DNA of 61,370 bases, filler included, from Bipalium vagum (GCA_037834085.1; 3 parts of 3 records of this genome joined end to end with filler, not necessarily neighbours in it); one strand, 5' to 3'. Numbered from the whole stretch's first letter, positions 40,853 to 54,857 are shown. Numbers and translations are program-made. The notes: a model not told the origin generated them from the sequence alone.

Positions 40853-41312
40853 AAAAAAATTTACAAATATTAAATAAAATAAATAATCAATAACTAAAAG
40901 AAACAAATGTAATCAATAATAACATGTTCAATGGAATCCAAAAAAACTCAAAATGAGATTCGTCATTGATTTTAATTTTACATGTTTTCGTATCAGAGAC
41001 GGTAAATACCAATTTAAAGCGTTGAGTGTTATAAAACTGACGAAAAGATGTAGTTGTTACCGAAATCAATGAATATCAAGAATAGCTTTTTCTAATTCAA
41101 TTATTATTACTTCAAATGGTAAATTTCGTTTTAATTTTGGTCATCTAATTATTATCATGTATCAAATTTATATATACAAATTGTACTTGAACTCAGAATA
41201 AAATCTTTTCAAAGACATTTGAAAGTTTAATTAATTGTCTTTAAAAATATTTATTTATCAAATAAAGACTTTTTGTTTTGTTTGATTTATCTGCCTATTT
41301 TTGAAATTTTGA

Positions 41313-42332
41313 ATGTTGACGACTCCGAAAGCAATAGCCGATTTATTGACTGGAATTGATAGATTTAATCCGGAACATCTACCTAAACTAGAAAACTATG
41401 TATTGGAACAAGTTGCAAATAATACATATGATAAAGAGGCTAATTTGACCGTTTTGAAATTGTAATTCATTTTGAAATTGTATATTTGATAAGAATATTT
41501 CTAGGTATCAGTTTTGTCCTAACCTATATCGGGCAGATATAACAGTCAAAATTATTTTAAAAGCTATTACACAATTACCACTAACTGATTTAACTTTGTG
41601 CAAATATCTTCTTGATAATCGAAGAGTAATTAGTATAACCTAATATCCTGTTTTATTCATTTTAGACCAACGAGAAAACTTTGAAAGGAGTTTTATACTT
41701 GGGAGAGCTTTTAGAACGTTGTAACTTCCGAGAATTCTGGGTATCATTTTTACATATTACCAAAATCGATTTAGCTTACATTTCTAATCAAAATAAAATT
41801 GTATCAGAAGATAAAGATATCGAATAACTAATTATTAACTTAAAAGTACACTATTTGTTAATCGTTTTTAAAATCAATTGAGAATCAAAGTATTGTTAAT
41901 TTTAAATAGATATCTTGTTTGATTTTTCTCGTGTTTTATTAATTAGCCGATATCTTAATTTCAGGTTGAGCTACACGAGCATTATGAAGAGAATATTGAA
42001 AGATTTGCCGGTTTTGAGGATAGTGTGCGAAACTGTAATATTCTTTCGTGACATAAGAGATTGAAAATTAATTTTCAGATATATCGTATATTGTTAGTTT
42101 GACCTATCAACGAATCTCTCGCGAAATGTTGAAATCTTTTATGGGCATTGCGGATGACATTGAATTTCAAAAATGGTTGACCAAAAACGAATGGATCGAT
42201 AAAAACGATGGTTACGTCTTTGTCCATTGCCATGATAAAAATTTACGGCCGAATAGAGAAGAGGATCCGATTACTTTAGACATGATAGTCGGTATTGCCG
42301 GTGTTTTTCGACCGAAACATATCGGTTTTTAA
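41313..42332 (+). CDS. eIF3k: Eukaryotic translation initiation factor 3 subunit K (5 exons, 222 aa)
   Basis: Exons 41313-41461, 41505-41625, 41666-41740, 41965-42034 and 42079-42332 total 669 nt. Translation [30 protein letters not shown]...[15 protein letters not shown]...[14 protein letters not shown]...[21 protein letters not shown] matches eIF3k hallmarks. Confidence 0.95.
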
Positions 42333-43989
42333 ATAAAATGAATTAATTGGGGTTTTATTAGGGTTTATTTATTGGTTTCCACAAAAATTTCTGGACATCT
42401 TTGAATTTTTAAAATTATGTACTCGGATTTGGCTTTTTGAGAGAAAATATTACATAGCCATTATGATTGAATTAAATTAACATGTTATCAAAGAATTTAT
42501 CATCCTATTTTAATTTTAACTCTGAATTCAACTTTTGAAAATTTATATTGATTATCACATAATACATTGAAACATCTTAAAATACATTTAGGTTTTAAAT
42601 AAGAATGTGAATTGTTATTAGTTTATTTTTTGTCTGTTAAACTTAATTTCATTGTACAAATCTAGACGATTCAAGTTATTTTTAAACAAAATAAATGGTA
42701 CAAGAAGTATATTTCAATAAATTCTAATTTTTTCAATGCTAGATTATAGCTATAATTATTGATTCATGATTCAGAGTAAAAATTGTCAAGAATTTCGTGA
42801 AAAATGAACAGAAAAGTGTCAATTAATTTAAATGAAATAAAAAGCAACTATGTAAAACACTTAAACCATCTTCGATTGTTTTTTCTATCCATCAGTCGGA
42901 CTATTTGTATTGTCTTAGATTGATTCTTCTCCACTGTTTTTTATTTTTCTATTGTAAGATATTAGTCTTTATCATCTGAGTAGATCAATTTTAATTTGCA
43001 ATGTTTTCAATTTGATACTTTCTCTTCTAAATTTTATTCTTCCATCGCCATTTTCTTCAGGGATTTATTATTTATTACGGTTGTTTTTTTTACCAATCTT
43101 CGACCGCATGAATTAAATCAGAAAATATTACTGATTTGTCAACTCTAGGACAGCCAACTACAACAACCGGGATAAAACCTTATCTGACTATCACAGGTTC
43201 AATATTCCACCATCTCATTGTGTATACTTTCACACCTTAAAACATCAGTCAAAGTAATTATAAAAACAAGAAAAAATAGACAAAAAATAATTGAAGTGTG
43301 CACAAATTGATGTCTTTGTGGAACAGTTCTGTGACTAATTATTCCAAAAAGCTACACAGAAATTTTAATTATTAACATAAAAAGTGTTAAGTCACTCCAT
43401 AAAAGAGCTCTAGGTTACATTATGGATCATTTTCTCTCTCCAGTAATGAACTCTGTGCTATCATGTTAAATCGAATTCGCTCAGTGTGATCCTATTTTTC
43501 AAAGTTTATTCTGAAACCATTGAAAAAATTCAGTAAATAAAAAAATCTCTTTGTAGCCTTTTCTAAACTTAAATCGTCAAAATACTTTGGATTTTCAAAG
43601 AGATTTAATAAAAATGACTGTTCTTATATTTAAACCTTTGATAAACTGAGTGTTATCCAAGATTTTAACCCAAGAAAAAGGAAAATATTAATTATTATTA
43701 CTTTAGTTTTTATTAGTACCATTGTTACTATTATTAATCCATATTGAACTCATTTGTCATAATTCCAAATTACATCAATCTGCAAGAACTAAGAAAATTT
43801 TTTAGTTATTAAGAATTATTTTAATTAGATAATATCATAATCTTTATTCCAACTATTAACTAAAGCAAAGATAATAGTTGTAAATATCAAAAATACAATC
43901 AACCCCAAATCCCAAACCCAGAGAACTAATATTTTTGAATTTTTTGTTTCATAGTGATTGCATTTAAATTTTTACCACTACTTACATTT

Positions 43990-44185
43990 TTAAATAGTTT
44001 AATAAAAAAATAAATCCGAATAAGTGATCTTTCTGATCTTTGTGTATTTTTCGGTCTACGACCACTTTTACCTAAGTTTCTCAATGTTCCATGTTGTTGC
44101 AGCTTCCGTATCATATGTTGAATAGCATTCCTTAAAATATTGAGTTCATTTGAAATTTTCCTCTGGGACAAACCCTCTTTCAATT
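43990..44185 (-). mobile_element. Tc1-like transposase N-terminal HTH fragment, cut by the gap
   Basis: GLSQRKISNELNI...HGTLRNLGKSGRRPKNTQRSERSLIR. Confidence 0.7.
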
Positions 44186-44285
44186 NNNNNNNNNNNNNNN
44201 NNNNNNNNNNNNNNNNNNNNNNNNNNNNNTTAATTAATTAANNNNNNNNNNNNNNNNNNNNNNNNNNNNNNNNNNNNNNNNNNNN
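44186..44285. other. Artificial 100-bp contig spacer (44 N + TTAATTAATTAA + 44 N)
   Basis: Six-frame stop linker in Ns. Confidence 0.95.
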
Positions 44286-44349
44286 ATTATATTATATTAT
44301 ATTATATTATATTATATTATATTATATTATATTATATTATATTATATTA
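44286..44349. repeat. (ATTAT)n microsatellite
   Basis: Seen directly, at the contig end. Confidence 0.9.
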
Positions 44350-44373
44350 ATATTTCATGTTGATTGATTTTAG

Positions 44374-47300
44374 TTTAAATTGGATCTGACTATTAATACG
44401 GAGCTTTCGAAAGTGTTGCATATTAGAAATATTGATAACACTGCACAAGAATCTGATATTACAATTCTTGCTATTCCCTTTGGAAAAATTCAATCAATGG
44501 TCTTTGCAAAGAAAGCAAACCAGGTTTCTTTTCATTTAGATTTTTTAATTTCTTGATTAATATAATATGAAATAAACAGGGTGCGGAAAAGGTTTTAGAC
44601 GTTTTACTTAAACATAAAAATCTAATCATTACTTTACCTATTTTATAGATCTTGTGTATATTTTCTATTGTTCCTTACCTGATCTAGGTATTAGATTGTA
44701 AAGATATTAATGTCGTTTTTTTACTTTATTTTTGCGTTATGTATTTTTAATTAAATTTTGTTTTATTATATAACTTTGTTTATATCTTAAAGCAAAAATC
44801 TTTTAAAAGGGTAAGTAAGTAAATAAGAAATTTTTAAAATTTAATTAAAATTTTTAATATTTAATTGGAATTAAATATCCACGGCTACTGCTTATAAGAA
44901 AATAGCGAAATTGGAAACAGGCTCTTTCAATAGAAAAGTTGGTTGTGGTCGAAAAATAGCTACAAATAAAAACATTCAAAAGAATAGTAGACTTTTTGAA
45001 AAATAATCTGGATGTTCTTAACTCAATGTAGAGAGAAAATTAAATGCAAACAGAGCTATTTTTCTAAGATATTGCATTCATGATAGGCATAAGGAATTTC
45101 ACGAAAATCAAAAAGCAAAATAGAAACGAGCAGTAAAAGAAAGATAGTCGTCGAAAATGCCGAAAACTACACTTAATATCATGATCTGGATGTCTTATTT
45201 GATGATGAAAGCTATTTCACCTTGAGCAATAGCGCACTTGTTGGCAATGACAGATATTAAGCTTCTGATTGCTCGGTATGCGCAAAAGATGTGAGATACA
45301 ATTCTTAGTTTCAGTATGCATAAGCCCTAAGGGAATAAGTCCTTCTTATATTAAGCAAAACAGGCAAGCTGTTAATCAATTCTACTACGTAGCTACATTG
45401 CAATAAATTCTCATACCACTAATATCCAGAAAACATTAAAAAAACAGAAATTTCATCTTTTGGTCAGGTCTGACAACATCACACTATGCCAAATAAGTTT
45501 TAGGGTTTTCAAAAACTAAAAAATCAATGTGGTGCCTAGGGAATTGAATTCTGCCAATCTGACAGAAGGTAGACCAATTGAAAACTTCTGGGGAGATTAA
45601 ACGCCTTGTATATACTTATAGTTGTATAGCAAAAGATTTGGCTGATGTTGAGAAAAAATTAGAAAAAGCTATTCAAAGATGCACGACATTTATCTTACCT
45701 AAATAAGACACATTCGTCAAAAACTTAATTCTATTACTAGGAAAGGACTATAAAGATATAACGTTATTATATTTTTTAACACTTTGTACTATTAATTATA
45801 CCATTAATACAAAATACATGTGTTTGTTTTCAAATAAAAAACGTGGCTCGAAGTTTGTCTCAATTTTTTGTCATCACCTGTTAAAACAATTAATATATAG
45901 GTGAGCACATATTATTAAATGTTTAATAATAACCGTTTAATGATATATTTACAGCGTTTTCCTTAAAATTCTACCAGCAAGTTGAATTTGGCTGTGTCAC
46001 TCGGTTTTTGGTTCTGAGAAAAACGAAAAAGAAGAGTATTATTTATCAGCAAAATAAAGTATGTGGAATTGAAGCTCCACACTAGGATCTGGGATTACCC
46101 AGAGAGAGCTGTCTGCCAAACTTAATCTGAGAAAGAGATCTGTACAGGACATGCTGAAAAGCATTGGAATCCGAAAATTATTCAATCGATTCGTCCCATG
46201 TTTCTTGATGCATATAAGCAAGAAAAAAAATGAAGGCATTATAAGAAAATCTGGACAGAATTTGTTTTAAGAATATTATGACGGAAGGTAAAGCGAAATT
46301 GAGTCTCATGAATGGGCCTTTTCGAGAAAAAGCCACCAAAGATTGTTTGTTCAAAGGTATCTATTACTTAAATGCTTCATGCTAAGTGTGTTTTGGGATG
46401 AAAAAGGTGATTAAGACCAACTTTAAATCGAAAATTAGAAACTCGAACTACTACCTCGAATTTGTTAGTGCCATGAAAAAATTACGATAGATATCATTTC
46501 ACGCACCTCACTGAACTATGGATGTAATCACTTGAAGGAATTCGTAACTTTTTCAAATCCACTGAATATCCTAATTTGAGTCCTGGTGATTTTTTCTTGC
46601 CTAACCACCTTTAGGGTCCAAAGAGGATCTCATAAGACAACTGCAAGATATTTTCAATGAAAAGAATGCATTTTTCTTGTTAAAGTTTTTTTCATAAGTA
46701 AATCGATGGATGATGTGCCTGGAAGCAAAAGATGGTTTATATATATAAACAATTCTGGGTGTTTACTTATATGGTTCATTGGTTGTAAATGAAACGTTTC
46801 ATTTTATTATAGTATCATTTATATTTCTTTTCGATTTTAAGGACTTTTTATCTGTACCATGTAAAAAAAGAAAACTTTTTGCAGAAATAGAACTTATCAA
46901 TCACAACCCCAATTGTAGACAATTATTTTAAAAGTTATTCTTAAACCTAACGAATAAGTTGGATCTTGAAATGTTTATAGTGTCACAATAAACATGGAGC
47001 AAATAAATAATTAACAAAAGTTTAACAAAAAGATATAAGAAATAAATAAACTTTGTTGAAGAAAATAAGTAGAAAATATGTACGAGTACAAAGTATTAAT
47101 CAATTATATAAAATTGAGTACTTTTATGAGAAAAGATCTCTATTGAAATAAATATATATAATAATAATATAATAATTTATATATAAATAAATAATATTTA
47201 GTTCAAAGTTTTGCTATCTTAGTGTTCAGAACACAGGTCTTACATAATCATTTCTTGCCATACTGATTCAACCTCGAAGCTTTTGGTCGAGTTTAGTCTT

Positions 47301-50300
47301 CATGTCCGATGTATCAAGTTTTAAAATATTAATATAATAAATTTGATTTGCCTTTTTGTATTAATAATTTTCTGGTACCCAGTAAGGTCAATATGTGATG
47401 AGTAGAATATCATTATTAGGAATTATTCTGATAATAATACACAACTGGAACCTGTCATATTTTTAACCTGTTATTAATAATTATCATAAACGGTTATATA
47501 TGATAATTACCATTGTTACAAGACTCTCAAGATTATCTTCATTAAATTAATTTTATATATTTTAATTAAAATGATTGTTTTAATTGACCAAAGATAAATG
47601 AGTTTCTCTTTTCATAATTTTTTGTATTAGGTTTATGCATTGAAAGTGAGCATTTTTATTTAAGATTTTATTGGAAGTTGCATCCACCATGGCAGGCTTA
47701 AAGTAGATTTTTTGTAAAATTTTTAACAACATTAAGAAAAGAACTATTCCTTTGTGTATTAATTTCAGTTTAACCTAAAATCTTACAAACCATTTTTCTT
47801 TAAGCAATAATTTGATCCACAAATGAAACACTGTTGCAACTGTAAGTAGTAATTTTAGAATTACCTGTCTATTAGTTGGTTTTATTTATTTAGTTTTATT
47901 TATTTACAGTTTTGATAGACAATTGTATTTACAGGCATTATTAGAATTAGAAGATGTTGAAGAAGCGAAGCAAATGTTTGATTACTATACTCGTTACCCC
48001 CCATACTTTAGTGGTCGCGAAATGGTCATTCAGTATTCCAAACATTCTGGTCTGCAATTAAAGCTTCAAAATACCACTATAGATGCAGCAATTAATGCTG
48101 CCAACACCATGATTGACAAGCATCGCAGAGTCATTAATGAATGGCATTCAGAAAAAAAAGAAGAAAAAAGAATTTTGCGAGTTGTGATAGAGAATCTTAA
48201 AAACAATACCATAAATCATTTAGTCATTCTAAAGGTTTGATCAATACTTAATTCATTTATAAATGCTTTCGGAACGAGAATTATATTTTATATTGACAAG
48301 ATCCCAAAACTAAGATGTAAATTAAAAGGCAATTTAACATAGGAATAATAAATTGTTTATTTGATTATCGTACTTTAAAGTTTGTTTAATCAATATAAGT
48401 AATGTGCAATTATTGGAATTTTTTTATGAAATTATACTTTATATATATTAAACTTTAAATATTTATTCTATTAAAACTTTCTGATCTAAAATTATATATT
48501 TCACAAAGGTGCATGTTTGGCACTTCATGCCTTCCAGCTTAAGAGCAATTTCAATACAATGGTTGCGACCAAGAAAATTTACGTAATATACCCAGCTGCC
48601 ATTAGTGTACATCAATGCCAGAATTGGTTTAAAAAGTTGGCCGGTAATATGATTTGGAGAACCAACGAAGAATTTGAGTCGTTAACTGTAGTGGATGATG
48701 ACATATTGCGAACAGTCATCGAATCAAATTCCCGTTAAACCACACATAATTTGACCAAGACATATGATTGCGACCAGAAAATCATTTTGAATTATTTTAA
48801 AAGCACTGAGAAGGTCATCAAACTGAGTGCTTGGGTTTTATAAAAATGAACAAATGAGAATAAAATTTCAAGAACGACCACTTGTTCCGCACTACTTTCC
48901 CAATTGCAAACTGGTTCATTTCTTGAAATATTGATAACGGGATGAAAAATGGATCTCCTACTTCAACGACAAAAGAGATAGGCAATGGCGAAATACTAAC
49001 CAAGCACCCATCTATACTGCAAAATCTGTTGTGCACCTTAAGAGATATTATTGTCTATTTGGTGTGATATCTGTGACATCTTGTATTGAGAACTTTTGGA
49101 AAATAACAGCACCATAAGCACTGCATGTTATTCTCAATAAAAAGGGTAGCTGAATCAAAATTAATATCAAGTCTATTTTAAGAAACAGAAAATATGTGAT
49201 TCGATTGACTCAGGAAAAGATCAGATGCTTTGGTTTGATGTCTTACCACATCCATCATATTTTCCTGATATCGCTTCATCAAATTATTATTGATCTCTTC
49301 AAAATTATTTGAATGGTTAAGAGTTTCAAAATAAAAAAACCTTTTTGACAATTTTTGACTCAAAGAAACTTGAATTTTATTGCAAATACATTGAAGCACT
49401 ATTAGAGAAATGGTCACAAGTGGTTTGGAGAATATATATTATAGATTGAAATTCAAAACAATTTTTTCTGTGTTGATTTAAATATACCCAAATACGAAAT
49501 AACTTATTCCTTGACCCAATAAATCTTGTCCTAAACTTAAGTCGCATCATTTCAATTAGAATATGATTCTTCATAACAAAATTGTTAGAACATAAGTGAA
49601 AGATCAACGTTTTTCCACATCAGAAAAAATGGTTATTAAGTCATGAATTTTATTAAGATTTTTCAAAGATATGGAAAAGTATTAAGAATCATTATATTCA
49701 CGAAAAATATGCAATGTCAGTGTCTCGTTGAACTGGATAATTCCATATCAGCGCATGTTGCTCTCTTGGTAGGGTTTTTGTTTATTGGCTGATTTTCATA
49801 CTTGATGTTTAGCATTTACATGGTCAACATTTATTTAATGAAAGCTGTAACCTAAAAATCGAATTCTCAAAAATCAATGAGTCCCTTCAAATACAAAGGC
49901 AGAATGATAAATGTCGAGATTATATCATTTCTCCTTTGTTAGACATAGAGCAAATGGAACTTGATCTCCTCGATTGCCAGACAAACCCTTTAGCATCCAC
50001 TTCCATACAACAATTTCCGTTACTGTCTAAATATTCAATAGTGCAGCCTCCAATTACGAATGCAATGTTTAACAACATTCTCGGTACTAGCAACATAAGT
50101 TGGTTTACGTTGAATTATACTATTTTATCTTTTAGCCATTTTTAGATTTAACATTGATGCCAAATATATTGAACAATAACCTTCCTACCACTGCAGTCAC
50201 AATTCCAGATTCATCACTTATGCTGGATTGTCTTGTAAACCCTCTATTCCAAGAATCACTAATAAAACCATTCCTTTCCTCCTGTCGTGAACACTCTAGC

Positions 50301-50412
50301 ATTATTTTTGTGTCTAACTTGAATTGCGATGTAAAATTTATTTTAATACTGTTTTTATTATTTTATTTATATTTTCAGAAGGTTCACACAGATTCTCTCT
50401 TCATTCTTTTTG
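44374..50412 (+). CDS. PTBP: Polypyrimidine tract-binding protein-like (PTBP/hephaestus), partial: RRM1, RRM2 and start of RRM3
   Basis: Phase-consistent exons 44374-44523, 47935-48234, 49658-49768, 49813-50098, 50146-50330 and 50379-50412. Translation SKVLHIRNI...IPFGKI...NQALLEL...IQYSKH; IFQRYGKVLRIIIFTKN...LHGQHLFNESCNLKIEFSK; IIFVSNLNCD/KVHTDSLFILFG aligns with PTBP1 RRM1-3. First and later exons were not found. Confidence 0.88.
44577..45880 (+). mobile_element. Decayed ITmD37E-like Tc1/mariner transposon (PTB intron)
   Basis: Degenerate CAGG...CCTG TIRs; DDESYFTLSNS, FWSGLTTSHYAK and VPRELNSANLTEGRPIENFWG motifs. Confidence 0.7.
45952..46861 (+). mobile_element. Decayed mariner transposon (PTB intron)
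   Basis: GIRKLFNRFVP (WVP-like), MLSVFWDEKG and LSPGDFFL remnants; TIR-like end next to TA. Confidence 0.65.
48490..49519 (+). mobile_element. Decayed mariner transposon (PTB intron)
   Basis: CQNWFKK, VVDDDILRTVIESNSR, KLSAWV and a (T)xDEKW-like remnant; right TIR ...TTCCTTGACCCAA|TA. Confidence 0.75.
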
Positions 50413-51151
50413 GTAAATTCTCAGTTTAATTTCCTATTTTATGTATAATAATTAATATTCAATATCAACAATAATAATATTTTTATTATTATTATTATTA
50501 TTTATTTTATTTTTAATTAAATTCTCGTTTTAAACAAATATTACTTTTATTGGCAACATTAATTTCATATATTAACCTTGTTCGATTTCAAATGAGTATT
50601 TACTTTGAAAGAAATATGATGACAGTGATAAAAGAGAGGTGCGGAGAAACTATATTGTTTATGTTGGATTTTGAAATGAAAAACAAATTGAGAAAGGAAA
50701 TGAATTTGCGAAAGATAACGACTGATGAGAATGATTTTGGATCATCTGAAGTCATTTTGGTTATTTACGATGCAGACCGGTTAAGAGAATTTACTTCGCC
50801 TGAAAGGATTCTGAAAATTTTATTACTAACTCCTGATATTTGAACGGCGTCAGTATTTAGCCCACATCGTAAAACAGTAATTATTGTAAATGACGAAAAT
50901 TATCAAGAGTCAAATAAATTAATGACAATTTTATATATTTCAATATATAAAATATTACAATATTTCAATGGTCTTTCTAGATATATTTGAACGAGAGAAA
51001 ATGTGGCTTTAGCATAAAGGATAATTATTTTATTTTATGCTTACTGTTAATATTTGGGGAATACTAACCAAAATGCGAGCTCAGTCTGATTCCAATATAT
51101 AATGGATTGGTACTAGGGCTGCTAACCGAGACTGCAATGCATATACATCAT

Positions 51152-52046
51152 CAGGATTTATAACCTCATTTCAAATACATATTTTCTCAGCTACATTGTT
51201 TAATTACACTAATTAGACTAATTTATTATTTGCATATCTCAAAATTTACATAATTAAAATTGAAAAGCAAGTTTACATTTTATACATTGTATAACATTTG
51301 TAATTTTACATGCTTTTAATTTGTTATTTAGCATGCTTACATACGACAAAGAATAATTGATTCCCATGATAAAGGACATTCGAAAAAGGATATTTCGAAT
51401 ATATTAAATGTTAATTTATCAACGGTTTATTCCGTTTTGAAAATTTATGTAAATGAAAATCGTATTGAGCATAAATTAAAAGGTGGTGAAAGAAGGAAAT
51501 CATTAAACACGGAACATATCAATGCATTAAAGTCTTGGATTGACGAAGATGCTGGCATAACTCTTGAAGCATTAAGATCCAGATTACGAGAAAAGTTTAA
51601 TATTTCAGTATGCGTGAAAAAGGTGCATAATTACGTTGAAGGATTTTCTTATGCATTACGAATATTTCGTTAATGCCGGTAAGAAGAAATGATGAAAGAC
51701 CATTGGGTGATCGAGCAAAAATATGCACAATGCTTTTTAAATACCTTATCATTATATGATGAATCCAAATTGTTCTTTGTTGATGAGGTAGGCTTCAATA
51801 TATCCATGCGCTCAAGAAAAGGATGATCATTATGTGGAAAGAAAGCAATTCATGTTGTATTTATGTATGTAAAATGTATTAATAAGGAGCCCATCTACGA
51901 TGATTAAATGTTTATATGTAATACATTTTCTTATTTTTATTTTTTGAAATTTATTTATTTTTGAAATTGATTTACAAAACTTTGAAATGAAGTTACAAAT
52001 ATTTGAAATGAGGTTACAAAAATTTGAAATGAGGTTATAAACCCTG
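51152..52046 (+). mobile_element. Internally deleted IS630/Tc1-like transposon
   Basis: 24-bp TIRs CAGG(A/G)TTTATAACCTCATTTCAAA and about three tandem 21-bp subterminal repeats at 51980-52040. HTH ORF 51437-51673 and LFFVDEVGFNISMRSRKG catalytic remnant. Confidence 0.8.
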
Positions 52047-53719
52047 TAACTTCAGTTTTTATTTCAATCAAAACGTTTTGACTGAAATAAGATTACTTTT
52101 CAGCTTTCCTAATATACACACTTCCTTTTTTATCTACCTATTATTAATAGTTAGAGATAAAGGCTATTTATTTATTTATATTAATGGATTATATGTAAAT
52201 ATAATGTGTAAACGCATGAAACCGTCTTCAACAAAGATATAAATCAACTTGTATATTTTGTGTAACCTTAAAATCAAAAATCACAATAAATATTTTCACA
52301 TCATTGGTTAAAATCTTGATTGATTAAATGATATATCAATTCAGAAATGTCAATATATATTCGAAAATATTAAAAATTACGGGAAGTCGTGATGTATCAT
52401 TATATTAACAGAAAACTGCAGTGTAAACAAAGTGTTTGGTTGTAAAAATGATGTGGAATATAATCCTTCAATTTCTGCATGACGGGATTGAGTATTTTGT
52501 CGATTTCAAAATTGCAATTACGATATCAGGGACAAGAATTTGAAGATAAAACTTGAAAAATATTACTTTACTTACTATATGCTCATGTCGAACACCATTA
52601 ATTAAATTAAACTAATTAATTATATAAAACTAAAAAATTGAAATAAGAAAATAAGAAAGGAAAAGAATTTATGAATTCCTTTTACAGAAATATATTTCTT
52701 AAAAAAAATATTATTTTGGACATCGAAAAATGGATATACTGTCACAATCCAAAATGAAATTATCTTCATTTAAAAATTCATATAATGACCAGACCTACAT
52801 TGATTTAAACAATTATAACTATTACTTATATTAAATGGAAAGCATTAAGTAGCATTACTCTTAATTTGTCAATTAAATGGTAATTCCATTCTTAATTAAT
52901 TTACATAAAATTGTCGTATTTTTTGATAAAAAACCTTTAAAATATTGTTGAACTTGCTTGATCAAAGGAAAAAAAATTAATATAAATGTAATAAAATTTA
53001 TTTTACATATTTTAATGTAAATTCAATAAAATCAATTTCACATTAAATTGCAGTTTTAAATATAAATTTTTCAAGTTGTATTGATTTGAAATTTACATAT
53101 TTTGGAAAAATAAAATAAAAATGTAACCATATTAGAGAAAAAAAAATAAAGATTGACATATCATCACTACTGATAAAGATTAGTTGGTACAATGTTATTT
53201 ATTGCTAAAAATGTTACTTATTTCACCATCAACCATTATTTTCATATAAAAATAATTTTACGTACCAGTAAATATTTAAGATTTGATTTATCCCGTAAAA
53301 TATAATTTCAAAATATGTTTCGATATATAATAATTTTTACAGGTCAATTAAAATAATTTGTCCACTTTATTATCCAATGATATTTCAAATGAATAATCAA
53401 AAAACACGATTATTTTATAACTTTCATTAACACGGAAGAATATTAACGCCTTAATTAACAGTTTTAGTTCATTACAAATTTTAAAATAAGAAAAATTATA
53501 ATATATGACTTTATTTAATATGGTATCTCTTAAATTTGAGTGCTTTATTTAATTATATCATAATTGAAATCTGTAAGTATCTTATTAATCTTATTAGCTA
53601 TATTACAAGTATTAATTATACTGGTTTATATTTAATTTTTTCTAAATAAAAACATCGGTGTTAAATAAAAAATAATACAATTTGATAAACTTTATGATAT
53701 GATCACTAGATCGCTTCGA

Positions 53720-54223
53720 AAAGAAAGTGTTGTGCGTTCCTGATGGTCGAGCTATGATAACCTTTATGCTGTACATCTACAGTGAGCTTATAATGCTTTG
53801 AGCACTGGTTACCTAACATTGTTGAATCGCGATAGAGCACTCCTACAGCATGATAATACCCAATCTCATACATCACAAATAGTGAAGCGGAAAATTCAGG
53901 AACTACAAGGCATCGAAGTCATTCCCCACCTAGCGTATATCCAGTATCTCGCTCCTTCTGTTTATCATATATTTCGGTCTCTCTCCCATTTTATACGAGG
54001 TAAATGCTTTGGTTCAGAGAAAGAGCTTAAAAATATAATAGCCGAATTCTTTGCCTCAAAAAAACCAAAGTGGTTTCGCCATGGATTTGAGCAATTGGCA
54101 GAAAGATGGCTTTGAGTTATAGAAACTGAAGGACTATATTTTGAGGATTAATGTGATCTGTTTTTAAAAAATTTGTAAATAAATTATTGCTTAAAAAGAT
54201 GAATAACTTTTAACTCAACCTAA
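53720..54223 (+). mobile_element. mariner 3' half
   Basis: LLQHDNTQSH...EVIPHLAY..LAPSVYHIF...LAERW; right TIR ...CTCAACCTAA|TA. Confidence 0.85.
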
Positions 54224-54239
54224 TAAAACAAAATTTTAT

Positions 54240-54590
54240 TCTTTAAAATTGAATGATTCCTGAATGATTTCGCTGGCATATCATACACTGTCTTTGGAGG
54301 TCAAAAATTCTCGGCAGCCAACCGAAGCAAAGAAGTGTCCCTGTAAGAAATGTCATTGACCTTAATAGGTGGTAATCAGAAGGCGCTAGTTCTGGACTGT
54401 AGGTAAGGAGAAAAATATCAAACTACAGGTCTTCAATTTTTGGCGCGTTACCTTCGACGTATGCAGTTTGGCATTATCATGCAGAAGATTAACGCGTTTA
54501 CGATTGACGAAGGAAGAATAACGGGACCTCAAAGCTTCAAGCACACGTTCTAATTGCATTGAATCAAGTTCAATAGATTTCATTATACAT
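54240..54590 (-). mobile_element. mariner fragment
   Basis: VNRKRVNLLHDNAKLHTSKVTRQKL, followed by a YSPELAPSDYHL remnant. Confidence 0.8.
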
Positions 54591-54787
54591 TAACATAAAA
54601 AATAATTCATAAAAAAATGTTAAATACATTTTTAAATGACTTTAACAAAACATTCGATTTTTAATTTTAATAGGTAACTCATGTTGAAGAAACCATTTTA
54701 AATAAAAAACATTAACATAAATTATTATAAAAATTTACATAATAAATTTTCCAAATTGAAAAAATCAATAATCAACATTAATGATAA

Positions 54788-54792
<5 letters not shown>

Positions 54793-54857
<65 letters not shown>
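54793..54857. repeat. (TTA)n microsatellite
   Basis: Seen directly in the sequence. Confidence 0.9.

Noticed and set aside
40365-40906. ORFs 40365-40841 (+) and 40715-40906 (-)
   Set aside because: Chance open frames across the GC-richer TRIM; the repeated peptide simply mirrors the two LTRs.
42349-42367. Telomere-like TTAGGG words (also CCCTAA near 39106)
   Set aside because: Only one or two units; expected by chance.
50550-50843. 97-aa ORF after the last PTB exon
   Set aside because: No RRM or other recognisable motif; not assignable.
51960-52046. Short tandem repeats resembling a CRISPR-like array
   Set aside because: The 21-bp units have no unique spacers and match the transposon TIR at 51152.
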